64,000 bases of DNA from Candidatus Eiseniibacteriota bacterium (GCA_963762255.1 CAVXKA010000002.1:576001-640000); one strand, 5' to 3'. Positions 51,777-61,519 are shown, counted from the first letter of the stretch. Numbers and translations are program-made. Notes: generated from the letters alone by a model not told the origin.

Positions 51777-53333
51777 CTATGCTGCTTCGTACAACATGAC
51801 CCGCTCTCGACCGGCCTCCTTCGCGGCGTAGAGGGCCACATCCGCCGCGCGCAACAGTTCCCGAGCTGTGGACGCGTGGGCGGGCGATCCCGCGATGCCG
51901 GCTGACAGGGTCATCGTGTCGAGCAATCGTCCCTCGTGCCGCACCTCCAGTTGCTTGGTGAGCGCACAGAGTTGCTCCACTCGGTGCCGGGTGTCCGCCA
52001 AGGATGAATCCGGCAGAACCAACGCGAACTCGTCCCCGCCAAGGCGGCACGCGATGTCACTCATACGCAGGTGTTGGGACAACACGTGCGCAAGCTCCCG
52101 CACGGCATGGTCCCCCGCGTCGTGGCCGAATGTGTCGTTGAGTCTCTTGAAGTGATCGATGTCCAGGACCACGACGGACAAGGGCGCGTTGCGACGCTGC
52201 GACAGGCTCAACTCTCGCGACAGGCTGTCGTCCAAGTAGCGCCGATTGAACAACCCGGTCAGGGGATCGCGGTTGGCCTGATCGCCCAGCCTCTCTCGCA
52301 GTCTCAGGTTCGACAGAACCAGCTTGATCGTCTCGCCGACCGTCACCGCCATGTGCAGCTCGCTCACCTGGTCTGCGTCTCGTTCGGGGGCGGCGCCAAG
52401 GATGCTCAGCACCCCCAGGGTCTCGCCCTGCACGTTGAGCGGAACGCACAAGTAGCTGCTGGCGGGCGGTTCGACGAAATGACGGCAGAGCACCGCGAGT
52501 TCCGGATCGACGACCACATGTGGGTGACCTCGCCGGAGCGCCCAGCAGTCGTCCAGCGAGAAGCCGGACACCGTCGGCCGTTCCGGTCCCCACTGCGCGA
52601 CGGGATCGAGAAGCTGCTCGCCGGTCCTCGTAATCGCCAGGCATCCGCTCTGCCCGACGAACAGCTGGCCCGCCCTCAGGGCGATCACCTCAAAGGCCTC
52701 CTGCTGCGTCGTGCAAGACTGGAGGAGTTCATTCATGTCGCTGAGCAGCCGCATTTCTCCGTCGCGCCTCTCCAGCTCGGCCACCGTCGACAACAGGTCT
52801 TCATTGGTCTTTCTGGTGCGATCCTCCGCCTGCTTCCGCTCAGTGATGTCCCGGATGTTGCACTGAATCACCTTGACGCCGTCGACCAGGTAGACGTTGC
52901 TGACGAACTCCACCTGTTTGCGCTCGTGTTCCTTCGTTTCCAGCGGCAGGTTCTCGTAGCGAACGTATTCCTTCTCCTGCAGTTGCCGAAATGCGGCTTT
53001 GCTGGCGCACACGTCCTTGAACGGGCCGATTTCCCAGAGCATCTTGCCCAGAAGCTCGCTGAGAGGATAGCCGAGCATGGCCTGCAGAAACGGATTGGCA
53101 TCGGTTATCTGCCCGGTGAGTGCATCCAAGATGAGGATGCCGTCCTTGGCCGTCTCGAAGAGCCGCCGGTAGCGAAGTTCTGAACTGGCCACCGCCTTCT
53201 CGCTCTGCTTTCGCCCGGTCGGATCGCCAACGGACGTGCCATTCCTGCGGACGGGGGGCTTGGCCGACTGGCTCTTGGGCTGGACCGATTGCGTTCGAGC
53301 GGCGGTATGCTGCCCGGCGGCTCGCGAACTCAT
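51777..53333 (-). CDS. PAS-GAF-GGDEF diguanylate cyclase
   Basis: PAS (YRRLFETAKDGILILD), GAF (CWALRRG..LC-H), DPLTGLFNRR, DIDHFK..ND-FGH, RLGGDEF. Confidence 0.92.
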   Translation of the reverse strand: MSSRAAGQHTAARTQSVQPKSQSAKPPVRRNGTSVGDPTGRKQSEKAVASSELRYRRLFETAKDGILILDALTGQITDANPFLQAMLGYPLSELLGKMLWEIGPFKDVCASKAAFRQLQEKEYVRYENLPLETKEHERKQVEFVSNVYLVDGVKVIQCNIRDITERKQAEDRTRKTNEDLLSTVAELERRDGEMRLLSDMNELLQSCTTQQEAFEVIALRAGQLFVGQSGCLAITRTGEQLLDPVAQWGPERPTVSGFSLDDCWALRRGHPHVVVDPELAVLCRHFVEPPASSYLCVPLNVQGETLGVLSILGAAPERDADQVSELHMAVTVGETIKLVLSNLRLRERLGDQANRDPLTGLFNRRYLDDSLSRELSLSQRRNAPLSVVVLDIDHFKRLNDTFGHDAGDHAVRELAHVLSQHLRMSDIACRLGGDEFALVLPDSSLADTRHRVEQLCALTKQLEVRHEGRLLDTMTLSAGIAGSPAHASTARELLRAADVALYAAKEAGRERVMLYEAA

Positions 53334-54172
53334 TTGGCGCCCCGGTAGTACTGCATGGCCTCGGGCATCTCCTGCTCGATCTTCGCGATCCGGGTCGCGT
53401 CCGACGGGTGGGTGCTCATGAATTCGGGTGGGGCCTGCCCTGCATTGCTCTGGCTCATGCGGCGCCAGAACACGAGAGCCTCGTTCGGGTCGTACCCCGC
53501 CATGGCCATGAAGATGAGACCCAGGTGATCGGCCTCGTTCTCCTGTAGGCGGCTGAAGGGGAGGAGTGCACCGTACTGCGCACCCAAGCCGAACGCGGTC
53601 ATGTAGATCTGCTGGGTCTCCTTCGGCTTCTTCGAGACTGCTTCCGAGAGCGCCATGCCGCCGAGCTGGGCGAGAAGCTCCTGACTCATGCGTTCTCCCC
53701 CGTGCTCGGCCACGGCGTGTGCGATCTCATGAGCCACAATCACTGCGAGTCCGGCTTCCGTCTGGGTGACGGGCAGGATCCCGGTGTAGACGACGACCCT
53801 GCCACCCGGCATGCACCAGGCATTGGCCTCCTTGCTCTCGATCAGGTTGAACTGCCAGCTATACCCTTGCAGTTGGTCGATCATGTTCTCGCTGCGGAAA
53901 TAGTCCTCTACTGCTCCCTGAATACGCGTGCCCACTCTCTTGACCAGAGCGGTCTGCTCTCGATTCGTGCTGAGTTTGTTGGCGCTCAGAAAGGCACCGT
54001 ACTGCTCGTCGCTCAGGGACAGCATCGTGGAAGCGGGGATCAGATCCAATTGACTTCGCCCGGTAACCGCCACGGTGCTGCACCCCGTCAGGGGCGACAA
54101 CAGAGCAAGCGGGCCGGCGATCAAGAGAGCGCGCCAGGCATTCGAGTGTCGCTGCATGAGTCTTACCCCCAT
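53330..54172 (-). CDS. M48-family Zn metallopeptidase lipoprotein
   Basis: Lipobox LTGC, TGRSQL, NAWCMPGG, HEIAH, E-EAD, STHP. Confidence 0.92.
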   Translation of the reverse strand: MGVRLMQRHSNAWRALLIAGPLALLSPLTGCSTVAVTGRSQLDLIPASTMLSLSDEQYGAFLSANKLSTNREQTALVKRVGTRIQGAVEDYFRSENMIDQLQGYSWQFNLIESKEANAWCMPGGRVVVYTGILPVTQTEAGLAVIVAHEIAHAVAEHGGERMSQELLAQLGGMALSEAVSKKPKETQQIYMTAFGLGAQYGALLPFSRLQENEADHLGLIFMAMAGYDPNEALVFWRRMSQSNAGQAPPEFMSTHPSDATRIAKIEQEMPEAMQYYRGAK

Positions 54173-54195
54173 GAGGGTGGCGGCCTCCGTAGGCG

Positions 54196-54789
54196 CTAAT
54201 CGATTCCCCGGTCCTTGGCGATCTGTTCACGGATCTCCCTGACGGTCCCGATCCGCTGGGACAGCAGGAAGAGGGTAAGATCGTCACGACCTTCCCAGGG
54301 CACTTCGATCGTGAACTGCACAATCGCCTTATTGGCTACCGTCAACGAATCGCCGCGCACCTCGTCGCCGGTGTCGATGAACCAATCGAAGGGGATATAC
54401 CCGGTGGTCTCCGAGGTCTCCGGGTCCACCTTCCCCTTGACGACTTCAGTAGGAAGAGCGACCGCGCCGCCCGCTTCCGCGTCCTTCACCAGACGAATCT
54501 CCCTGGCGCGCAGCACGATCGGCCCGCTCTCAGTGGCGACATCGACGTGGAAATTGAGGTAGATGTTCCCTTCAGCGGGGATTCTCTTGTCATAGACCGC
54601 ACTGTAAGTACCGTCGCTGAGCACCGCCTTCTCGCCGGTGTTGAGGCGGAGTTCGCTCAGTTCCTGAAACGCCGTGGGGATCAGCGTCAGGGGGCGCTCC
54701 CCCGACGCAGGCAGCGTCTGAGCGCTCGCGCACGCCCCCCAACCGATCTGAGCAATTATCAGAAGCGTCATCATCATGGCTGTACGCAT
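54196..54789 (-). CDS. Hypothetical secreted protein
   Basis: AGGAG RBS, signal peptide, protein-like composition; no family recognised. Confidence 0.65.
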   Translation of the reverse strand: MRTAMMMTLLIIAQIGWGACASAQTLPASGERPLTLIPTAFQELSELRLNTGEKAVLSDGTYSAVYDKRIPAEGNIYLNFHVDVATESGPIVLRAREIRLVKDAEAGGAVALPTEVVKGKVDPETSETTGYIPFDWFIDTGDEVRGDSLTVANKAIVQFTIEVPWEGRDDLTLFLLSQRIGTVREIREQIAKDRGID

Positions 54790-54869
54790 CTCTTTCTCCT
54801 GTTACTGGCTCTCATGCCTGAAGGCATGAAGCGTCGGCTGGTCCGAGGGTCCGCGACATCTGTCGCGGA

Positions 54870-55091
54870 TCACCGAGGCAGAAGACGACGCTTGCCCCCG
54901 ACCAGAAGGGCAACGCCGCCGATCAACGCAATCACGCCGACGATTGCTGGAACTGGAATGTTCTTGTGCTCTGTGGCCGTGACGCTCACCGAACCCACTT
55001 CGAGGACCGTCCGGCTCTTGTTGTAGTCGATGCCGCCGTAGACCAGCGCGAGGACTCCGAGAGCGATGAGCACGATGCCGAGAATCTTCAT
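54870..55091 (-). CDS. Small two-TM membrane protein (DUF3185-like)
   Basis: MKILGIVLIALG..YGG..K..VLEVG..P..G..ALIGG pattern; GGAG RBS. Confidence 0.75.
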   Translation of the reverse strand: MKILGIVLIALGVLALVYGGIDYNKSRTVLEVGSVSVTATEHKNIPVPAIVGVIALIGGVALLVGGKRRLLPR

Positions 55092-55103
55092 TTCACTCCC
55101 TCC

Positions 55104-55736
55104 CTAGCGGAAGTAGAAGGCGACTCCGGCGCCGACATAGGTATACGAGTTGTCGTTGAGGCCGATTCCGACCTCGCCGACCAAATCCGTGGTTTCTGTC
55201 AGGCGGTACTCGATTCCCGGTACGAGATGCACGCTCGTAAACGTGTCGTCGACACCCTCCGGAGCGTCACTGATCTTGTTGAACGAGGCATCCAGGGCGC
55301 CGCAGAGCTCCACGCTTTCCGCCACGTGCCCGCTCAAGAGCGGCGTGAGATCGAACCCCATGCTGTCGGGGCCCCCCTTCTTACCGAATGCCCAATGGAC
55401 GCCTCCCGTCAGCGAGAAATCCAGGCCGGCGTCCTTCTCCTTGCCCTTCATGATCCAGTACTCGCCGTCCGCGCCGATGTACGTACTGTTCTCGAAGAAG
55501 CCCAACTTGGCTTCGGCGTCGAATCGCTCGGTGAATCCATACCCGCCACGGGCGGCAACCCCGAACTCTCCCCCGGCACCATCCTTGTCGAGCGTCAAGA
55601 TCGGGGCGATCATGAACTTGTAGACACCGCGGTCCATCGTCTCCGCGGACTGCAGGACGCCGAAGTTCTGGGCTGCCGCCGGCAGCCCAATGCACAGGGC
55701 CAAACCCGTGGCAAGTACACTCAGAGAAATTCTCAA
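55104..55736 (-). CDS. Outer-membrane beta-barrel protein
   Basis: AGGAGG RBS with TTG start, signal peptide, alternating G/aromatic strands, C-terminal GVAFYFR. Confidence 0.75.
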   Translation of the reverse strand: MRISLSVLATGLALCIGLPAAAQNFGVLQSAETMDRGVYKFMIAPILTLDKDGAGGEFGVAARGGYGFTERFDAEAKLGFFENSTYIGADGEYWIMKGKEKDAGLDFSLTGGVHWAFGKKGGPDSMGFDLTPLLSGHVAESVELCGALDASFNKISDAPEGVDDTFTSVHLVPGIEYRLTETTDLVGEVGIGLNDNSYTYVGAGVAFYFR

Positions 55737-55850
55737 GTAGCACCCTCCTGGATAGAGATAAAGCGATCGGCGGGGTCCTGCGAGTCCTACGTCTCACTCC
55801 CCGCTTGGCTGACGCGCCGCCCACCGGCAGCGCCTTTCATTGCCCTTCGG

Positions 55851-56351
55851 CTAGTGATAAAACGTCCAGCCGACCGTAACCTTGGCATCCGGAACGTCAT
55901 TGAGGCTGAACTTCCCCTCGATGAAGAAACGGTCGCCGTTCGAGAGCCCCTTCTCGATTCCGCCGAGCACATTGACCCCGATATCGGTCTCCGAATCGTT
56001 GTTGTTACCCGCGTCGACGCTCTTGATGTTCGCCCCGACTCCCCCACCAAGATAGGGGCTCCACACGTCCCAATTCGCGCTGAACCGATAGGCAGCCTCA
56101 GCATTCAGCGTGAAGAGCTTCACGTTATCGCCGAATCCGAGCTCTACATTCGGCTGAAAGCGGACGTGGTTCGCGAACTGTCCGAAGTCGAGGTGGGCCC
56201 CAAAGTGGACCTGATCGGGGTTGAGTGACACTCCGACCCGAGGGCCCCAGCCGCGGAATCCGACATCGGTGCCGGGGGCGGCCAGAGCGAGGGCGGGAAG
56301 CAGTGCGACGCTCAGCACAACTGCAATCAGAGCCGCTCGATTCTTCTTCAT
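55851..56351 (-). CDS. Small outer-membrane beta-barrel protein
   Basis: Signal peptide, PYLGGGVG strand motif, C-terminal VGWTFYH. Confidence 0.8.
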   Translation of the reverse strand: MKKNRAALIAVVLSVALLPALALAAPGTDVGFRGWGPRVGVSLNPDQVHFGAHLDFGQFANHVRFQPNVELGFGDNVKLFTLNAEAAYRFSANWDVWSPYLGGGVGANIKSVDAGNNNDSETDIGVNVLGGIEKGLSNGDRFFIEGKFSLNDVPDAKVTVGWTFYH

Positions 56352-56393
56352 GTTCGTCTCCTCTCGATGGTACCGATCCGCGATGGTCCTGGA

Positions 56394-57056
56394 TCAGCGC
56401 TGGGCCGGGACTTGAACGCTCATGGAACTCGTCATGTGCACGGCCAGCTTCTGGCCGGGGTTCAGCTCCAAGTCGTCGCCCTTGGTCGCGAGCATGATGA
56501 TCGCTCCGGCACCCGCACCTGCGCCGGCCCCGATCGCCGCGCCCTTCCCTCCACCTGCTATCCCGCCGATGATCCCGCCGAGGACCCCCCCCGCCGCGAT
56601 CTTCTCGACGTCGCCACGCGTGGCGGAGGCCGCCTTCAGCGTGAGCGGCAGCGCGGAGATCGACTGGGTCTTCCCCTGCGAGTCGACGATCGTCTCGTAT
56701 GCAAGCGTCATCTGCGCGCGGCCCTCGACCCGGCCGGATGCCTCGACGTCGCGCAGCACTCCGTGAATCTGTGCGCCGGTCGGGATGACAGTCCTTCCGC
56801 CCACGATGATGGGTTCCGTCGTCGTCGCCCGGAACGAATCGCCTGTGTGGTTCGTTTCCGTGGAAAGCTGCGTGTCGAGCTGCGCGACGATGCTGGTTCC
56901 GTCGGGGATGACAAGTGTCTCAAAGCGCGGCTTCTGTACAGCCGGGGGTTGCGCCGCGGCCGCGTCTTTGACGCTCTCCTGGTTCTTCGCGCAACCCACC
57001 GTGACCGCAGCAGCGATCAGAAGTAGCATGCCGAAACTGGCTGGAAGTCGTTTCAT
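56394..57056 (-). CDS. Lipoprotein with TrbI/VirB10-like beta domain and glycine zipper
   Basis: Lipobox TVGC; IPDGT...L...LS..N..GD-F, IP-GA-I-G; GGVLGGIIGGIAGGGKGAAIGAGAG zipper. Start trimmed to ATG 57056. Confidence 0.75.
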   Translation of the reverse strand: MKRLPASFGMLLLIAAAVTVGCAKNQESVKDAAAAQPPAVQKPRFETLVIPDGTSIVAQLDTQLSTETNHTGDSFRATTTEPIIVGGRTVIPTGAQIHGVLRDVEASGRVEGRAQMTLAYETIVDSQGKTQSISALPLTLKAASATRGDVEKIAAGGVLGGIIGGIAGGGKGAAIGAGAGAGAGAIIMLATKGDDLELNPGQKLAVHMTSSMSVQVPAQR

Positions 57057-57182
57057 TGTAGTAACCTCTTTTCCTCGAACTGACCGAGTGAACTCACCCT
57101 GGGACAGGTTCCCGATCCTTACCGACTCTGAGTCCGGCGGAATGGGTGTCCCGCGCCGCACTCAGACCATCACTGCCACCTT

Positions 57183-57452
57183 CTATTGCGATGGCTTTTT
57201 GAACGCGGCTTCGAGGTCGTCCCAGGCGCTCTTCAACTCCGCCTTGAGGCGCACCTGCCGCGTGTCTTCCGCTGACTTGAACTCTACGAATCTCGAGTGC
57301 ACGATCGCGTACAGGGCCTTGAGCTCATCGACGTATATGAGGGCGTCGAACCCCTTCTGTACGCCGGCCATCTCCGTCTTGGCCGCCAGGCGGTCTATCC
57401 TCAAGCTCCAGTGCTTGAGTTGCGCGTCCATTTTCTCCATGGCCGGTTCCAT
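57183..57452 (-). CDS. Small coiled-coil protein resembling the sll1863-type stress family
   Basis: KMDAQLK-W..ID-L-AK ... AW-DL-AAF-K pattern. Confidence 0.6.
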   Translation of the reverse strand: MEPAMEKMDAQLKHWSLRIDRLAAKTEMAGVQKGFDALIYVDELKALYAIVHSRFVEFKSAEDTRQVRLKAELKSAWDDLEAAFKKPSQ

Positions 57453-57557
57453 GGGCTCTCCCTCTGGTGTTACCCACAATTAGGTAGTCACGTAAGTCAT
57501 CTCGCAGCGACCCGGACCAGTAGTGAACTGCTGCTCTTAGGAGCCCACTTTTCAACA

Positions 57558-57573
57558 AGCAATATTCGTGCCG
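57558..57573 (-). promoter_or_regulatory. Sigma54 promoter
   Basis: Minus strand CGGCACgaataTTGCT. Confidence 0.8.
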
Positions 57574-57578
57574 CTGAT

Positions 57579-57591
57579 TAAGTGATTGATT
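57579..57591 (-). promoter_or_regulatory. IHF binding site
   Basis: Minus strand AATCAA-TCAC-TTA is a perfect WATCAR-N4-TTR match, directly upstream of the -24 element. Confidence 0.65.
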
Positions 57592-57710
57592 CCCATGTAG
57601 TTCGCAATAACGGGTGTTCTCGGACCCTATCAGAATGAGGTAGGGCCGATCAGAAGAATTGAGGGGTCCGCGCGCGACGAGGACATTCGCGTCGCACGGG
57701 TCCGCCCGAC

Positions 57711-59789
57711 TCAGGGAAGCTGCCAGGCAATCGACACGGCCGAACTCCCATCATCGAACCCTCGGGCGACATCGATCCGAAGCTGGCCCGTCGCGGCCAG
57801 TCCCCGCAACCGGAGGCCTGCTCCGCCATCGACCTGCCACGGGACGCGGCCGACCCGCCCCGTCCCCCACGGTTTGGCCCCGTCCACAAAGAGGGCCCAT
57901 CCGAGCTGCAAGGGTCCAAGCCTCAAAGCCCAGGACTGTCTCTCGATCGTCCCGTGGACAAGCGTGCGCCCGAAGGCGCGGCCCTGAACGACGCCCCCGC
58001 GCAGCAGGGGGTGCGCCCGGAGGAGGGGGACGCGGCCGTATCCGGTTCCCGCCCCGGACCAGAGCGCCAAAGGAGCATCGGAGGTCGTGCTGGACATCCC
58101 CAATCGGCCTTGCCACGCGTCGCACCTCCCCAACCCGATCGAGGACCACTTGAGGGATAGACCGCCGGCCCCGAACGGAGCACCGTCTGCGAGGCTGAAC
58201 CACCTGGCTAGCTCGGCGCGCAGCGCCAGACGGTCGCGTGCCCAACGTGTCTCGACGCCCCCCTCCAAGGAGATGTGGGAGCCGCGGCCGACCCACGTGT
58301 CCAGAGCGGCGCCAATCTCGAGGCGTACGTCCGGGCCGAGCCAGTCTGAGAACGAGAGGCCGGTGCGTCGCCGCTCCTCTCGGTTCGGCTCCCCACGGTA
58401 CGTGCCGCTCGTATCGGAAAGAAAGCGAGCCGAATAAGCTTGTCGTTCCCAGAAGCCGTCCACACGCCAGATCCCAGGCCGGACCCCGGCCGCCGGAATC
58501 GCGAGCGCCAACGAGACGCGCGGTCGATTCCTTTGCCACCGCCACCCACCAGTCCAGAGCTCGCCATTCCCGGTGGGACTCGCAACATCGAGGAGTACTT
58601 CATGCGCGGTGAGAGCCTTGATGCCTGCGCCGCCGACATCCCACGGGCCGTCGAACACGGACGGACGCTCCAGGAGGGCCACGTTCACCTGAGCGATCCC
58701 TTGCGGCATGGGCTTCACGCTCAGTTGAGACCCCATCTGGGCGGGCACGTCGGCCAGACGCCGGCGCGCTCGTCGAAATGCTTGCGGTGTGAGAAGCCGC
58801 CCCGGCGGAAGATCGAGCTGACCGGCCACGGCGGAGAAACGAATGCGCGTCAGGCCGTCGATGCGCGTCAAGTCGGCCCGCGGTTCGGATAATTGGTTCC
58901 AGGCGCGGAGCGCCCCCTCCGTGTCCCCGGCCAGGAAGCAACTGCCGGCCAGAAGCCGCCGGCTGTGGGTATCGCCCGGATCGAGAGTCAGGGCGCGCTC
59001 GGCTAGCTGGCCCGCTCCCGCCCAGTCCTCGGCACGAAACCGCAACCCCGCGCGTTCCCGATATGGGGCGGCGGACATGGGGCAGAGGGATTGCGCCGCG
59101 AGGAACTTGAGCTCCGCCTCCGCGGTGTCGCCTGTCTGGGCCGAGAGGATTCCCGCTTCCACCATGGCGCTGCACGCATCCGGTGCGGCGGGCGGTGATG
59201 AGGGGGCCGCCGCGAAATCCCGTGCACCTTCCTCAATTCCCCCCTGAGGAGGAAGAACGAGGAGTGCCCAGCTTCCGCTCCCGGACCATGCGACCGCAAA
59301 CTCTTCCTCGCGAACGGCCCGGAATGGCCCCACGCTCGGGTCCTGGAGAACCACCCACCCGTTGGCCCAGGCTACGAGCACCACGTAGTGGAACGAGGCC
59401 GAGCCCGCTCGGATCAAGGCGATGACCGGGCGACCCTGGGCGAGATGGTTCTTGGCCTCGGCCGGAGCGCCCGACAAGGGAAGCGCGATCCACCCGTAGG
59501 CTTTGACGGCCTCCACGAGGGCGCCCGTTCGTATGCCGGCCAATCCCGGCTCGATCAGTGCAGCGAAGTCATCGGCCAGGACGCCGCGCATTCCCCAGTA
59601 GCGTAGAACCATAGCGAGGGCGGCCCCACCGCACAGTGCTTCACTCTGTGGGACGTATGGCACGTCGAGAAGCCGCACGCTCTCCGAAGCGCGTCTCTCC
59701 TCCGAGGGCGTGCCGGCAAGCGCGGAGGCGGACCACGGTAAGACGGCCGCCGCCGCGCAGGCGCCAACCACCCGCTGCCACGACTTCAC
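57711..59789 (-). CDS. C39-like cysteine peptidase (PA2778-like) with TPR and a probable POTRA/beta-barrel C-terminus
   Basis: Signal peptide; VPYVPQSEALCG-AALAMVL (Cys), FHYVV (His), QDP (Asp); TPR AERALTLDP; strand-rich C-terminus ending VSIAWQLP. Confidence 0.75.
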   Translation of the reverse strand: MKSWQRVVGACAAAAVLPWSASALAGTPSEERRASESVRLLDVPYVPQSEALCGGAALAMVLRYWGMRGVLADDFAALIEPGLAGIRTGALVEAVKAYGWIALPLSGAPAEAKNHLAQGRPVIALIRAGSASFHYVVLVAWANGWVVLQDPSVGPFRAVREEEFAVAWSGSGSWALLVLPPQGGIEEGARDFAAAPSSPPAAPDACSAMVEAGILSAQTGDTAEAELKFLAAQSLCPMSAAPYRERAGLRFRAEDWAGAGQLAERALTLDPGDTHSRRLLAGSCFLAGDTEGALRAWNQLSEPRADLTRIDGLTRIRFSAVAGQLDLPPGRLLTPQAFRRARRRLADVPAQMGSQLSVKPMPQGIAQVNVALLERPSVFDGPWDVGGAGIKALTAHEVLLDVASPTGNGELWTGGWRWQRNRPRVSLALAIPAAGVRPGIWRVDGFWERQAYSARFLSDTSGTYRGEPNREERRRTGLSFSDWLGPDVRLEIGAALDTWVGRGSHISLEGGVETRWARDRLALRAELARWFSLADGAPFGAGGLSLKWSSIGLGRCDAWQGRLGMSSTTSDAPLALWSGAGTGYGRVPLLRAHPLLRGGVVQGRAFGRTLVHGTIERQSWALRLGPLQLGWALFVDGAKPWGTGRVGRVPWQVDGGAGLRLRGLAATGQLRIDVARGFDDGSSAVSIAWQLP

Positions 59790-59800
59790 GACTGGAGGCC

Positions 59801-60193
59801 TCAGGCCAAGATGATGATGATCAGCAGAATGATGATGATCGTGGTCGTCGAAATGACGACCGTGTTGCTCCCTCCAGCGATGTCGGCGTTGACCGCCCTG
59901 GCCTGCGAGGCCAACTCATCGAGAGAGGGTCCCGACAGAACCGCGGCGGCGGCACTGGCCCGCTCGAGATCCAGGCCGACAGAGCCGGCGATCTGGCGGA
60001 CATCCTCCCGCTGCAAGAGGGATTGAATCGCCTGTCGGTCGGCGTCGGCTTGGCTGATCTGTTGATCGATTCTGGCCTGGATCTCGTTCGCGCCGACCAC
60101 GTGACCTTGCGGTTCGCCGGCCAGGCTGGCTCCCGCCGTGCCAAGAGTGACCGCGGCGAAGAAAGCAAGGGCAAACCCCTTGTACATTGTCAT
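59801..60193 (-). CDS. PA2779-family-like secreted protein with hydrophobic C-terminal tail
   Basis: Signal peptide; L-R-DV..G-D..A..LS..L..LA; AGG followed by IIIILLIIIILA. Start trimmed to ATG 60193. Confidence 0.7.
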   Translation of the reverse strand: MTMYKGFALAFFAAVTLGTAGASLAGEPQGHVVGANEIQARIDQQISQADADRQAIQSLLQREDVRQIAGSVGLDLERASAAAAVLSGPSLDELASQARAVNADIAGGSNTVVISTTTIIIILLIIIILA

Positions 60194-60317
60194 GGCTTGT
60201 TCCTGTTCGTTTGATGCGTCGAAGTTCTGACTCGAGCGGGCCGCCCCGGGATACCCGGGACTGTGCGACCCGATCGCTGTGGGCGGACGCCCTTCATCTT
60301 GACCCGGCCACAAGCAA

Positions 60318-60333
60318 TGCAACCTACGTGCCG
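60318..60333 (-). promoter_or_regulatory. Sigma54 promoter (leftward)
   Basis: Minus strand CGGCACgtaggTTGCA. Confidence 0.8.
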
Positions 60334-60400
60334 CGCAGTGGCTGACACGCAACTACTTGATCCGATGACACCTGACGTCACCGGTCGTGCCGGGAACTTC

Positions 60401-60460
60401 AATCAACTTGGCGGTAAAGCATCGCAATGATGTCTGGTCGATCGTTTTGATCAAGTTGAC
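60401..60460. promoter_or_regulatory. Candidate shared enhancer (UAS) between divergent sigma54 promoters
   Basis: Four ATCR-N3-TGAT-like sites: ATCAACTTGGC, ATCGCAATGAT, ATCGTTTTGAT, ATCAAGTTGAC. Confidence 0.5.
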
Positions 60461-60515
60461 GCAGCCTCCCTGCCGTCCATTGGTTGAATCATAGACACTT
60501 GCGCGGATTTGGAAG

Positions 60516-60531
60516 CGGCACGCGAGTTGCT
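60516..60531 (+). promoter_or_regulatory. Sigma54 promoter (rightward)
   Basis: CGGCACgcgagTTGCT. Confidence 0.8.
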
Positions 60532-60648
60532 CTATGGAGAGACGAGTACAGATTGTCGGAGGCCGGGAGAATCACGCCTGCGTGTAATGAAGGGGCCTGT
60601 GCGGCCCTATGCACCGGCCTGACGAACAGTTACCGGAAGGAGAGTTTC

Positions 60649-61344
60649 ATGAGACGAGACATTGGGAATGGTCGCAACGGAACAGTTGTGATAGCGAAGT
60701 GGGCCTTGTTCGTACTGGTCCTGCTCGGCGTGGCCGGTCTCTCGCCCCGAGATTCCTGGGCGGAGATGCCCGGGAGCTACATGGTGCTCAAGGGCGGCAT
60801 CTACTCGCCCAGCGCGACCTTTGACCTCGGCAATGTCGACGTCGAGACCACTTTCGACGGCGACACCGAGACGGGAGTCGCCGGCGAGATCGCGTTCGGC
60901 CACCACGTCCTTCCGACGCTCGCCCTTGAGCTGGGCATCGGCTATTTCAACGGAAAGGGTACCGTCGAGGGAGACACTCCGACCGCCCCTCGCCGCAAGG
61001 CGGACTTCGACGTCATCCCGCTCCTCCTCTCCGCCAAGCTTCTCATGCCCATAGGGCAAGTCGAGCCGTACGGCGAGCTGGGAGTCGGCGCCTACTTCAC
61101 CAAGTTCGACGTGAGCGACAACCTCAACACTTTCGATGGAACCACGACCTTTGGGCTTCATGTCGGAGCCGGGCTGAACATCCCGGTCGCGCAGAGCGTC
61201 TTCATAGGGGTCGAGGGGAGATACGTCTGGGCCAATCCCTCGTTCGGTGACCAGAAGGTCAAGCTGAACGACACCGAGTACGCCGTGAATGGATTCGAGT
61301 TGAACGGGTTCACGACCATGGCGGCCTTGGGCTATCGCTTCTGA
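60649..61344 (+). CDS. Outer-membrane beta-barrel protein (OmpA/OmpW-like transmembrane domain)
   Basis: AAGGAG RBS, signal peptide, EPY..LGVG-Y, FG-HVGAG, C-terminal LGYRF. Confidence 0.82.
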   Translation: MRRDIGNGRNGTVVIAKWALFVLVLLGVAGLSPRDSWAEMPGSYMVLKGGIYSPSATFDLGNVDVETTFDGDTETGVAGEIAFGHHVLPTLALELGIGYFNGKGTVEGDTPTAPRRKADFDVIPLLLSAKLLMPIGQVEPYGELGVGAYFTKFDVSDNLNTFDGTTTFGLHVGAGLNIPVAQSVFIGVEGRYVWANPSFGDQKVKLNDTEYAVNGFELNGFTTMAALGYRF

Positions 61345-61456
61345 CGGGCAGCACCACTCCCTCGCGAATCGGAACGTCGCGTCCCCTTCAGCAAGTCCCA
61401 TGCAATTCGGACGTTAGCCTCTTCCCGGCTAAGGGTAAGTTATATCAGGAGGTTAG

Positions 61457-61472
61457 CGGCATGGGACTTGCG
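61457..61472 (+). promoter_or_regulatory. Sigma54 promoter of the activator gene
   Basis: CGGCATgggacTTGCG, 48 bp upstream of the ATG. Confidence 0.7.
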
Positions 61473-61519
61473 TTGCACATCCAGAGGAGGCATTATCACG
61501 GGGACGAATGGAGGTTTCC

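Noticed and set aside
56394-57056. VirB10/TrbI-like gene as evidence of a type IV secretion system
   Set aside because: No other T4SS genes are present; the glycine-zipper lipoprotein context fits a stand-alone envelope protein.
59801-59860. ATG/ATC triplet repeats as a microsatellite or contingency locus
   Set aside because: They simply encode the poly-Ile hydrophobic tail of the PA2779-like protein.
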